From positions 7,247 to 71,246 of the forward strand of contig CAZCLE010000003.1 of NCBI GenBank assembly GCA_964499445.1: a stretch of DNA of 64,000 nt, in the 5' to 3' direction. Positions within the stretch are counted from its first letter, which is position 1. Every line of letters begins with the position of its first letter. Source of the DNA: an uncultured Dehalococcoidales bacterium. GTDB lineage: Bacteria > Chloroflexota > Dehalococcoidia > Dehalococcoidales > GCA-2688105. A model generated the notes under the pieces. It saw only the letters and a program-made list of their open reading frames with translations. It was not told the DNA's origin and did no database searches. A program made the position numbers and the translations under genes. Below, in pieces: positions 20,212 through 28,600 of the stretch.

Positions 20212-21126
20212 CTATGTCAGATAGATAATGGTTATGCCGCCGATAATCATGGCGGTAGCCACGAGCCGCAATGCCAGCATCCCTTTACCGGGCTGCCATT
20301 CTAAGAACATGGGCGAGACGCGGCTCAGGATAAGGGCGAATATAACCACGAAGATAGGGCGGCTGCCAATAATAGTCGAGACCAGAGATACTGGTCCTCT
20401 CTCTATCGCCCAGAGTAATAGTACTATTCCCCCTAGGGCTAAAGTCTCATTGAAAGCGAGCAGACCCATAGCCGAGTTCCTTCGTTTCATGTTACTCAAC
20501 TGGCTGAGGATGTGGGGACGTATTGAGATTAGCAAGAAGATACCCGACAGGCAGAATCCGCCGACCCAGGACATATTCCAGAATGAGATGTAGGCCAGGG
20601 CGTACTTACTGGCTATGTCGGCTAGGGCAAAAAACAGGCTGGAACCGAAAAGGAGGAGGAGTGGTTTGCTCAGCCAGGTGGTAGCGCCAGATGGGCTCTG
20701 TTTAACCGATATTATTACTGCCCCGGCGACCACCATAATTATTGCCAGCCACCTTAGGTAACCAAGGCTCTCCCCCAGTAACGGCACCGCCATAATGGCT
20801 ACGAAAATGGGGTAGGTATAGACTACGGGTATAACCCGTGATACCTCCTCTCTCATCATGGTGTAGAGCATGATGGTGGCGGCGGCGGTGCGGAGTATGC
20901 CTGAGGCCACCGCTGCCAGTACCGGCCATAGGGCAGTGCCCTCAGGTAATGGAAAAAGAGTAAATAGTATCCAGCTGTAAATTAGATGAACGATGCCCAC
21001 CGGCAGCAGGAATGCTCGTAAGCCTGGCATTCGTTTGGTGAGGAGGTGGCTGTCAATTATATTCACTACCCCGAGGATAGCTGCACCCAGTATTGCGGTG
21101 TTAATCCAGCTCAACAGTATTGGCAC
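20212..21126 (-). CDS. EamA/DMT-family transporter
   Basis: About 10 hydrophobic segments in two repeats; PIFVAIMAVPLLGE. Confidence 0.8.
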   Translation of the reverse strand: MPILLSWINTAILGAAILGVVNIIDSHLLTKRMPGLRAFLLPVGIVHLIYSWILFTLFPLPEGTALWPVLAAVASGILRTAAATIMLYTMMREEVSRVIPVVYTYPIFVAIMAVPLLGESLGYLRWLAIIMVVAGAVIISVKQSPSGATTWLSKPLLLLFGSSLFFALADIASKYALAYISFWNMSWVGGFCLSGIFLLISIRPHILSQLSNMKRRNSAMGLLAFNETLALGGIVLLLWAIERGPVSLVSTIIGSRPIFVVIFALILSRVSPMFLEWQPGKGMLALRLVATAMIIGGITIIYLT

Positions 21127-21206
21127 TCACTTCTAGGGAAATAATCAACACCATAGCATACAACTGTGTCGGGTTAAATGCAAAGCTTTCTGTTTGTTGA
21201 GATTGT

Positions 21207-21540
21207 TTATCAACCTCACCCCCTTTAGATTAGCCTCATGTCATTGCGAGGTACAAAGTACCGAAGCAATCTCAAGAGACAACACAGATTTTTATTAGGT
21301 AACCCCATCCCCTTTATCCCCTTCCCCTTGATAAGGGGATGGGGAAGGACATAGAAAAGAGGGGCAACGCCCCTCTAAGACTCCCCATATAAGAATATTA
21401 GGGGCAACGCCCCTCTAAGACTCCCCATTATTTGCTCTTCAAAATAAAGGAGAGGGGGAGTTTTTTGTTAAAAGGGGCTCCGCCCCCTCTTAGACTCCCC
21501 ATATAAGAATATTAGGGGCTCCGCCCCTTCAAACTTCCCT
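21207..21540. repeat. Modular palindromic repeat, copy 4 (A-B-C-C-x-C-C)
   Basis: Module A 21207-21292; module B 21298-21345 is the reverse complement of 15454-15501 with one mismatch; 40-bp unit at 21361-21400 repeated at 21401, 21474 and 21515. Confidence 0.92.
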
Positions 21541-21604
21541 TGACAAACGACCTTTGTCTATTGGTTGTTATTTGTTGGGTATTTGCCTATAATGAAGCCT
21601 ATAT

Positions 21605-22147
21605 ATGAAAGTGGTGTCAATTGTCGGCATGGCTGGCTCTGGCAAATCAGAGGTAGCCAGAGTATTTGAGGAAAGTGGCTTTATTCGAATAAGATTCGGC
21701 GATATAACTGATGAGGAAGTAAAAAAGAGGGGCTTGGAGTTAACGGAGAAGAATGAGCGCTACATTAGAGAACTCCTCAGACAAGAGAACGGGATGCCGG
21801 CTTATGCTAAACTGAATCTACCCCGAATTGATTCGGCGCGGGAACATTCGGATGTGGTAATTGATGGTCTTTATTCCTGGGAGGAATATACCTTTCTGAA
21901 AGATTATTATGGAGGAGACTTTTATGTAGTGGCAGTTTGGGCGTCGCCGAAAACAAGGTATGCTCGGCTGAGCAGTAGATTAAACCGGAGGCTGACAGAG
22001 GAAGAGGCGTCCAGTCGGGATAGGGCAGAACTAGAGAATATTAATAAGGGCGGACCGATTGCTATGGCGGACTTCACCATTATCAATGAGTCCTCCCTGG
22101 AAAGTCTAAGGGAGGAAGCCAAAAAGATTCTGGCTAAGTTAAGATGA
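21605..22147 (+). CDS. P-loop kinase, dephospho-CoA-kinase-like (archaeal UPF0200-like)
   Basis: GMAGSGKS Walker A; VIDG; RDRAE. Confidence 0.75.
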   Translation: MKVVSIVGMAGSGKSEVARVFEESGFIRIRFGDITDEEVKKRGLELTEKNERYIRELLRQENGMPAYAKLNLPRIDSAREHSDVVIDGLYSWEEYTFLKDYYGGDFYVVAVWASPKTRYARLSSRLNRRLTEEEASSRDRAELENINKGGPIAMADFTIINESSLESLREEAKKILAKLR

Positions 22148-22626
22148 AGAAGGCGACCAGACCAGACATTGATGAGTATTTTCTGAAAATAGCCTCAGTG
22201 GTAGCCGAGCGCTCAACCTGTCGCCGGCACCACGTAGGGGCAGTGGCGGTAAGGAATAAACACATGCTGGCTACGGGTTACAATGGTGCCCCTTCCGGGG
22301 CTAAGGACTGCCTTGAGCTTGGTTGTCTACGGGATGAACTGAATATTCCATCAGGGGAAAGGCAGGAAATATGCCGTGGCATTCATGCTGAGCAAAATGT
22401 AATCATTCAAGCCACCCTCCACGGCGTCAGCCTTGAAGGGAGCACCATTTATGCTACCCATACGCCATGTGTACTGTGTGCCAAGATGCTGGTGAATGCC
22501 AGAATAAAGCGGTATGTCAGCTTTGGCAAGTATAACGATGATATGTTTGTTGACTTATTTAAGGAGGCTGGTGTAGAGTTTGATATGAAGAAGACGCCGC
22601 CTTCCCGAATAAGCTATCTAGAATGA
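22144..22626 (+). CDS. dCMP deaminase (ComEB family)
   Basis: RSTC, TGYNG, HAEQN, PCVLC. Confidence 0.92.
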   Translation: MKKATRPDIDEYFLKIASVVAERSTCRRHHVGAVAVRNKHMLATGYNGAPSGAKDCLELGCLRDELNIPSGERQEICRGIHAEQNVIIQATLHGVSLEGSTIYATHTPCVLCAKMLVNARIKRYVSFGKYNDDMFVDLFKEAGVEFDMKKTPPSRISYLE

Positions 22627-22640
22627 TATCCTGACGGTGG

Positions 22641-23567
22641 TTGATTGGGATTATGTCGATACTGCATGCTAAGGTGATTGTTAATCCGGTGGCGGGAGCC
22701 TACGCAACGCGAAGGAAGTGGCCTCGCATTAATAAGCTGCTAAGGCATGTTGGTCTATCGTTTGATTATGAATTTACTGAAGGTGTAGGGCATGCCGTAG
22801 AGCTAGCCAGGGTTGCCGCCAGTGATGGTTATCGATATGTGGTGGCGGTAGGCGGTGATGGGACGGTGAACGAGGTGGCTAATGGCATACTTCATTCAGC
22901 GGGTTCAGTTAATACCATTCTTGGCGTAGTAAGCACCGGAACCGGGGGTGATTTTGTGCGTTCGGTAGGTATTCCTCGGGATTATACCGGTGCTTGTTCA
23001 TGCTTGACTAGCTCACGAAGGTTGTTAATTGATGTCGGCGTGGTTGAATACCAGAGTAAGGGACAATCCCGGCAACGCTTTTTTGTAAATGCGGCTGGTG
23101 TGGGCTTTGATGCGGCGGTTGTGGAGACTACCGAACGCTTGCCCAAATATTTTGGTGGCACCGTTCCTTATCTGGTAGGGTTGCTCAGGTCTCTGGTTGG
23201 CTATAGAAACAAATCTGTCGTCCTGAAGGTGGGAGGTAAGGTTGAGGCTAAGCGTATCTTGAGTGTGGTGGTAGCTAACGGGGGCTATTTGGGGGGAGGG
23301 ATGCATATAGCACCTGAAGCTGAGCTTGATGATGGTCTACTGGATTTGATAGTTATTGGTGATGTAGGTAAGTTTGAGCTGCTGAAGGCGTTGCCAATGG
23401 TATATAAGGGAACCCATATTACCCATCCTAAAGTCAGCATGGGCAAGGCAACGCATATTACCATTGAATCCTCGGAGCGATTTCTGGTGCATGCCGATGG
23501 TGAATTGTTGGGGGAAGGTCCGGCATCCTTCTGGCTGACGCCGGCGGCTTTGAGTATCGTGGCGTAA
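22641..23567 (+). CDS. Diacylglycerol/lipid kinase family protein (YegS-like)
   Basis: NPVAG, GGDGTVNEV, GTGGDF, DGE. Alternative ATG at 22653. Confidence 0.9.
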   Translation: MIGIMSILHAKVIVNPVAGAYATRRKWPRINKLLRHVGLSFDYEFTEGVGHAVELARVAASDGYRYVVAVGGDGTVNEVANGILHSAGSVNTILGVVSTGTGGDFVRSVGIPRDYTGACSCLTSSRRLLIDVGVVEYQSKGQSRQRFFVNAAGVGFDAAVVETTERLPKYFGGTVPYLVGLLRSLVGYRNKSVVLKVGGKVEAKRILSVVVANGGYLGGGMHIAPEAELDDGLLDLIVIGDVGKFELLKALPMVYKGTHITHPKVSMGKATHITIESSERFLVHADGELLGEGPASFWLTPAALSIVA

Positions 23568-23569
23568 AA

Positions 23570-24097
23570 TCAATCTATGTTTTCTCTTTGATAGGCTCCG
23601 TGGTAGCCTTCGGTTTCCTGGGTTAGCTGCAGGAAAACAATTTGCACAATTCTGGCATTCCTCTGCAGGCGAAATCCTTGAGGGTTATAGACCACCATAA
23701 GAGACTGGGAACGACCGGAGTAGCCGGCGTCCCATACCGCCGTATCTACCGTGACACCACAACGAAGCAGGCTTGACCTCGGTCTGGCTAGTGCCATAAC
23801 ATCCTTGGGTAGGTGGACAATCTCGTTAAAGGTAACAATATAGGCACCGGGTATCAGGTCAATAAAATCCAGCCCATCAAACACCAACGGAGCTAAATCA
23901 GACACCAGCCTCTGGCTGTCGTTAATGGCTATTTTACCGCCTGACTGGGGCAAGGCTATCTGGCGCAGGGTGAGGTCAATGCCATTAGGTTGAAGCTGTT
24001 GTTCAAGGTTAATGTAGCCTTCTATCAGAGGTGGCTTTTGCTGTAGTAACCGACGAATATCCGGCTGGGATAAGATGACCGCCATGGTATCAAGCAT
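23570..24097 (-). CDS. Trimeric dUTPase / dCTP-deaminase family protein (archaeal-type)
   Basis: QPNGIDL, RSSLLR, VWDAGYSG, RIVQ, YHGAYQ. Confidence 0.85.
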   Translation of the reverse strand: MLDTMAVILSQPDIRRLLQQKPPLIEGYINLEQQLQPNGIDLTLRQIALPQSGGKIAINDSQRLVSDLAPLVFDGLDFIDLIPGAYIVTFNEIVHLPKDVMALARPRSSLLRCGVTVDTAVWDAGYSGRSQSLMVVYNPQGFRLQRNARIVQIVFLQLTQETEGYHGAYQRENID

Positions 24098-24208
24098 TTT
24101 ACCATATGGTTATTGTAAAAGATAAATAAGTGCTCTATAATAACTTAACCAATTTCAGGCTTGATAAATAGAAATTAGTAATCTGGTTGAAGGAGGGAAG
24201 GAGAAATT

Positions 24209-25045
24209 ATGACCGTAAAAGTAGTTACCGATAGCAGTGCTGACCTGCCCGCCCAGTTGGTTGAGGAACTGGGGATTACCGTAGTGCCTCTGTATGTGCG
24301 CTTTGGGGAAGAGGTCTACCGTGACCGGGTGGACATCAGCGAAGACGAATTTTACCAGAGGTTATTACGTGACCCTATCCATCCCAGCACCACGCAGCCA
24401 ACTCCGCAGGATTTTGCCAATGCCTACCAGAAGCTTTCTAAAGAGGCTGACGGGATTATTTCCATTCACATCTCCGGTAAATTGAGCGGCACCTGTAGCT
24501 CAGCACTACAGGGCAGGGAACTGGTGGAGAAGGGGTGTCCCATTGAGGTGATTGACTCGCAGACGCTGACCATGGGTCTAGGGATGCTGGCTATTGAGGC
24601 GGATAACATGGCTAGGTCGGGGAAAAGTCTACCGCAGGTGGTGGAAGAGGTAAAACGGATTATTCCTGGCCTCTATTTGCTTGGTCTCCTTGATACCCTC
24701 AAGTACCTGGCTCTGGGAGGGCGTATTGGTAAGGCAAAGGCACTATTAGGCTCAGTATTGAATGTGAAGCCGGTGCTAACACTGAAGGATGGAGAAGTGG
24801 TGCCGGCTGGCCAGGCTCGCACCCGGGCTAAAGGCATAGACAAGTTATTTGACTTTGTAAAAAATGCCAAAGATATTCAGGATTTATCCGTTATATATAA
24901 CACCACTCCTGATGAAGCGGAGAGTCTGGCTGAGCGCATAAGTCCCATATTTCCTAAAGAACGGATTAGGCTGGCTAGACTGGGACCCGTGCTGGGGGTG
25001 CACTGCGGGCCAGGTATTTTATTTGTCGCCCTTTGGGAAAAGTGA
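24209..25045 (+). CDS. DegV-family fatty-acid-binding protein
   Basis: VTDSSADLP, TQPT, ISGKLSGT, GGRIG, VKP, HCGPG. Confidence 0.93.
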   Translation: MTVKVVTDSSADLPAQLVEELGITVVPLYVRFGEEVYRDRVDISEDEFYQRLLRDPIHPSTTQPTPQDFANAYQKLSKEADGIISIHISGKLSGTCSSALQGRELVEKGCPIEVIDSQTLTMGLGMLAIEADNMARSGKSLPQVVEEVKRIIPGLYLLGLLDTLKYLALGGRIGKAKALLGSVLNVKPVLTLKDGEVVPAGQARTRAKGIDKLFDFVKNAKDIQDLSVIYNTTPDEAESLAERISPIFPKERIRLARLGPVLGVHCGPGILFVALWEK

Positions 25046-25230
25046 CCAATGTAGAGCCCGATGGTGGGGAAGGCAGCGGAAGAGCCGGTTTTTTTACGGC
25101 TACCTCTCTCCACTAGGTTAAAGCCACTTTTGGTGGTACGCTAATACACCGGTTCGCACTTGGGGCAAAAGTTGCTATAATGGTTGTAAAGTGAAAGTCT
25201 ATTTGATTATTCATTGGGTGCGCTGAAGTC

Positions 25231-26004
25231 ATGGTGGTGATACTACGAAACAAAAATCTGGCAACAAGGTTTCAGATACTGGTGGAGATAGCTCATAGCG
25301 GGCCTAACATCCAGCAGCGAGACATTGCCCAGAAGTTAGATATTACCCCACAAGCGGTATCCGAGTACATCAGGCAATTGACCAAGGATGTCCTGCTTAC
25401 CTCAGATGGTCGCTCAAGGTACAAGGTAACCAATGATGGCATAAACTGGATAATAAAGGTGATGAAAGAGCTAAGAAGCTATGGCAGCTTCATTGAGCAA
25501 GCCATTGCCAATATCTCAGTCTGTGCCGCGGTAGCCGACTGCAATCTGGCTCAAGGGCAAACAGTGGGGCTGGAGATGAAGGATGGGCTGCTTTTCGCCA
25601 CTGACCAGGTGGGTGCAGAAGCCAGGGGAATAGCGGTTTCCGATGTCAGAAAGGGAGAGGATGTTGGCGTTACTAGCATAGAGGGGATAGTAGCGCTGCA
25701 AATAGGTGAAGTAACCATCCTCAAAGTACCCGGCATTCAGAAAGGCGGTTCAGGAAAGGTTGACCTGAAACGGCTGGGGGTAGAAGTTAAGGGTAGAGCA
25801 GTCATCGCGGCTATGGGCATTGAAGCCTTAGTTGCCTTGAGACAGGTGGACGCCAGCTTCTTTATGTATGGTGCCAAGGAGGCGGCAATTGAGGCCGCTC
25901 AAAGCGGTCTACGGCCGCTAGTCGTCTGTGTTGAAGATGAAACCTCCGGTCTGATTAAGAGACTGGAGGAGGAAAATATAGGCTACGAACTAGTTGACCT
26001 GTAG
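25231..26004 (+). CDS. Winged-helix transcriptional regulator with C-terminal effector-like domain (archaeal COG1497-like)
   Basis: N-terminal HTH QRDIAQKLDITPQAVSEYIRQL; family assignment from recall. Confidence 0.7.
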   Translation: MVVILRNKNLATRFQILVEIAHSGPNIQQRDIAQKLDITPQAVSEYIRQLTKDVLLTSDGRSRYKVTNDGINWIIKVMKELRSYGSFIEQAIANISVCAAVADCNLAQGQTVGLEMKDGLLFATDQVGAEARGIAVSDVRKGEDVGVTSIEGIVALQIGEVTILKVPGIQKGGSGKVDLKRLGVEVKGRAVIAAMGIEALVALRQVDASFFMYGAKEAAIEAAQSGLRPLVVCVEDETSGLIKRLEEENIGYELVDL

Positions 26005-26095
26005 AAAGACTCAGGACGATAGTGCCCTGAGGATTATTTACTGGTTTCCCTGGCCAGAGTCCCCACTAACCGTCTCAAAATGACCGCCATTGGCT

Positions 26096-26161
26096 TTGAC
26101 AGCCATAGTTTACTTTGCTATAATCAAGTAAACTTTATTATATACAAGTATACTTGTATAT
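26096..26161 (+). promoter_or_regulatory. Consensus sigma70 promoter with overlapping inverted repeat and downstream perfect 22-bp palindrome
   Basis: TTGACA(26096)-17 nt-TATAAT(26119); AGTTTACT/AGTAAACT flank the -10; ATATACAAGTA|TACTTGTATAT at 26140-26161. Confidence 0.75.
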
Positions 26162-26529
26162 GTTAGTAAGCAGGGGAAGAGGTTGATATATGGACTGCTG
26201 AAGGTAACGGAAAAAGGGACTACATTAAGGAGGCAAGAGTTGAAACTAGTCACCCGGTGAGGGTGGCACCGTACACACCAATCAAGATTATACCACAGGG
26301 ACCGCAGTAACGGTAGATATCAGCGTAGATGTGGATATGACCCTCAATATCTATACCGAGAAGGACAGCTTTATTCGCAGCAATAAGGTAAGGGTCCTGG
26401 TAGGCGCTGGCACTGGTACGGTGAGAACCGTGATGTGGGTCTCCGGGCTGAGATTATACTGGCGATAGGCTTTACCATAAGACCCGACAGCGCCTACTCT
26501 TCAGTTTTTGCTGAAGCCAGCACTCCCTC

Positions 26530-26558
26530 TTTACAAAGCTTGGTTTTGGGGCTAAAAT
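26530..26558 (+). promoter_or_regulatory. Likely tRNA promoter
   Basis: TTTACA-17 nt-TAAAAT, 13 nt before the tRNA 5' end. Confidence 0.6.
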
Positions 26559-26571
26559 AGATACGATTTTG

Positions 26572-26646
26572 GCGGGTGTAACTCAGCGGAAGAGTGCTTG
26601 CTTCCCAAGCAAGACGTCGTGGGTTCGAATCCCATCACCCGCTCCA
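26572..26646 (+). tRNA. tRNA-Gly (anticodon CCC), CCA encoded
   Basis: Acceptor GCGGGTG/CACCCGC, anticodon arm CTTGC-TTCCCAA-GCAAG, T arm GTGGG-TTCGAAT-CCCAT, 3' TCCA. Confidence 0.96.
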
Positions 26647-26690
26647 CAAAGCTAGGCGACGACTTGCCTAGGTTTAAGAGGTAAAGCTAG

Positions 26691-26894
26691 GACAAAGCTA
26701 TTGCTGATTTCACGAAGCTAATCAGAATGAAACCCAAAGCACCCTGTGGCTACTATAACCGGGGTTGGGCATATGCCAAAACAGGCAAGAAATTCGAAGC
26801 AATAGCGGAATTTACTGAGTTTATTAGCCTATCAGAAGACCCGGAAATAGTTGAAGAAGCCAGACAGGAAATAGAGAGCCTACATACAAAATGA
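26691..26894 (+). pseudogene. C-terminal fragment of a TPR protein
   Basis: Translates as DKAIADFTKLIRMKPKAPCGYYNRGWAYAKTGKKFEAIAEF...; preceded in frame by TAG; no start. Confidence 0.7.
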
Positions 26895-27049
26895 GTTTAT
26901 CACACGCTACACGTCACTGCACAAAGTGGCTGATTGTGCAGCTTTCTAGTTTGGGAATAATTGCCATAATAGGTGGAATTTTTGCTCTTAAAAGAAGAAT
27001 CTGGGGGCTAGCGCTTACCGGGGCCTATCCGTGCCCAATTCGTGTCTAG
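26891..27049 (+). pseudogene. Short membrane-protein fragment (52 aa ORF)
   Basis: LGIIAIIGGIFALKRRIWGLALTGA helix-basic-helix pattern; ATG overlaps the TPR fragment stop. Confidence 0.45.
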
Positions 27050-27327
27050 TCGCCGACATGTACCTTGCCCCAGATGGCGATAGCCCGTGCCAAAGATTCA
27101 ATATCAATACACTCAGGCGCCTTTCCACCTTCGAAGCAAATCTTCGTATAGTTTTTCAGTATAAGGCCAGCAACACCATCAATAGCGGAACGTACTGCCG
27201 CCAATTGGGTGATGACACTCTCGCATTCACGACCATTTTCAACCATCTTCTGAATGCCACGAATCTGTCCCTCAGCCCTTTTAAGACGCTTGAGTAGTGT
27301 CTCTTTAGATAACGCTTCTTCAACCAT
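27046..27327 (-). CDS. CsoR/RcnR/CstR-family repressor
   Basis: LKRLKRAEGQIRGIQKMV, C35 and C64; Tyr at the usual His ligand position. Confidence 0.9.
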   Translation of the reverse strand: MVEEALSKETLLKRLKRAEGQIRGIQKMVENGRECESVITQLAAVRSAIDGVAGLILKNYTKICFEGGKAPECIDIESLARAIAIWGKVHVGD

Positions 27328-27363
27328 TTTGCCCTCCGTAGCAAATTAGGTTTAATCTACTTA

Positions 27364-27396
27364 TTGACATACCATACCTCCATAGGGTATGATATG
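27364..27396 (+). promoter_or_regulatory. Promoter of the hdr operon overlapped by a CsoR-type operator
   Basis: TTGACA-18 nt-TATGAT; inverted repeat CATACCATACC-tccatag-GGTATGATATG (27368-27396). Confidence 0.75.
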
Positions 27397-27477
27397 TCCT
27401 TGGGTAATTCTATCAGCCTAGTCTATTTTACCACATAATATAATCAAGCTATAGTTTCGTGCCAAAAGAGTGTGATA

Positions 27478-27891
27478 ATGGATGAATTTGAGCCAAAGAT
27501 TATCGGTTTCCTGTGTAATTGGTGTTCCTATGCTGGGGCTGACTTGGCTGGTACTTCACGAACAAAATACCCGCCCAATATGAGAGTAATAAGGGTAATG
27601 TGCTCAGGCAGGGTAGACGAAAGATTAATACTGAAAGCATTTACTGCGGGCGCTGATGGTGTACTTGTTTGTGGCTGTCACCCCGGGGACTGCCACTACC
27701 AGAAAGGGAATTTGAACGCTAGAAGAAGACTTATCGGGTTAAGCCCTTTCCTGGACACCGTAGGCATTGGCAAGGACAGGCTCAGACTGGAATGGATATC
27801 AGCATCCGAGGCTCCAAAGGTAGCTGAGACGGTAAAGAGTTTTACCCAGACCATAAAGGATATCGGTCCTAATCCTATGGCTAGGAAGTAA
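27478..27891 (+). CDS. mvhD: MvhD/FlxD-like [2Fe-2S] subunit, copy 1
   Basis: FLCNWCSYAGAD, VMCSGRVD, GCHPGDCHY. Confidence 0.92.
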   Translation: MDEFEPKIIGFLCNWCSYAGADLAGTSRTKYPPNMRVIRVMCSGRVDERLILKAFTAGADGVLVCGCHPGDCHYQKGNLNARRRLIGLSPFLDTVGIGKDRLRLEWISASEAPKVAETVKSFTQTIKDIGPNPMARK

Positions 27892-27981
27892 TGTCCAGGA
27901 ATAGCGGCAGGTTGCAATAGGGGAGTGCTTGGGTATTTTGCCCAGCTACAATACAAAGATTCAAAAAAAGGGAGGTACAGT

Positions 27982-28335
27982 ATGGCTAAAACAGCAATTA
28001 CAGTGAATGGTTCTGGACCCGGTAATATTTTCCCGGCTTTCATTGTGGGTTCAGCCGCCGCGGCGTGCGGTGATGATGTGGTGCTATTTTTCACCCCTGG
28101 CGGCGCACCAGCTCTGGTGAAAGGTGAGATCGAGAAGATGTCAGCTAAGGGTATGCCGGACTTGAAGGAACTAGTTGAGGGTCTCCAGGTTTTGGGAGGC
28201 AGAATAATAGCCTGTGAGCTGGCAATAGAAGCTAAGGATATTAAAAAGGAAGACTTCAGAGAAGGGGTAGAAATCATGGGCGTAACCTCGTTCTTGGGCG
28301 AAATCAGTGATGCCCAGATAACCTTCTCTTTCTAG
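27982..28335 (+). CDS. DsrE-family sulfur-transfer / peroxiredoxin-like protein
   Basis: AAACGDDVVLFFT, GRIIACELA; RBS GGGAGG; start moved from 27925. Confidence 0.75.
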   Translation: MAKTAITVNGSGPGNIFPAFIVGSAAAACGDDVVLFFTPGGAPALVKGEIEKMSAKGMPDLKELVEGLQVLGGRIIACELAIEAKDIKKEDFREGVEIMGVTSFLGEISDAQITFSF

Positions 28336-28362
28336 AATTATGACATTAAAAAGGAGGCGAAC

Positions 28363-28587
28363 ATGGCAGTACGCATTTTGGATGTCCTGGGGCTTAAGTG
28401 CCCCCAGCCAGTGCTTAAACTAGCAGCAATGGCTAAAGAGATTCCCCCGGGAGACACCGTAGAGGTGTTGGCTGATTGCGAGTCTTTCCCTAAAGATGTA
28501 CAGGTATGGTGTTCTAAGTCGGGTAAGACGCTACTTTTCTGTGTGGATGAAGGCGGGGGAAAGCACAAGGCACAAATCCAGTTCTAA
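28363..28587 (+). CDS. tusA: TusA/SirA-family sulfur carrier
   Basis: LDVLGLKCPQP (CPxP motif), GDTVEVLAD, DVQVWC. Confidence 0.9.
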   Translation: MAVRILDVLGLKCPQPVLKLAAMAKEIPPGDTVEVLADCESFPKDVQVWCSKSGKTLLFCVDEGGGKHKAQIQF

Positions 28588-28600
28588 CCTGGAGGTATTT

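Noticed and set aside
21361-21540. 40-bp hairpin-containing unit repeated four times; possible CRISPR array
   Set aside because: Intervening sequence is itself duplicated (ATATAAGAATATTA twice), spacing is irregular and there are no cas genes. It is part of the mosaic repeat family.
26190-26390. In-frame TGA codons after RBS-like sites (MDC-TGA; TTG AAA CTA GTC ACC CGG TGA) as possible selenocysteine
   Set aside because: No redox motif context or recognisable SECIS. The first frame stops again at TAA one codon later, and the second read-through product looks non-proteinaceous.
26130-26520. Roughly 390-nt ORF-poor tract sized like RNase P RNA or tmRNA
   Set aside because: It lacks GAGGAAAGTCC, the 3' RNase P motif and tRNA-like tmRNA ends. 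Kept only as an unassigned candidate.
26585-26596. tRNA-Gly D-loop AGCGGAA instead of the common AGTGGTA
   Set aside because: The invariant GG and all stems are intact, so this is within normal variation.
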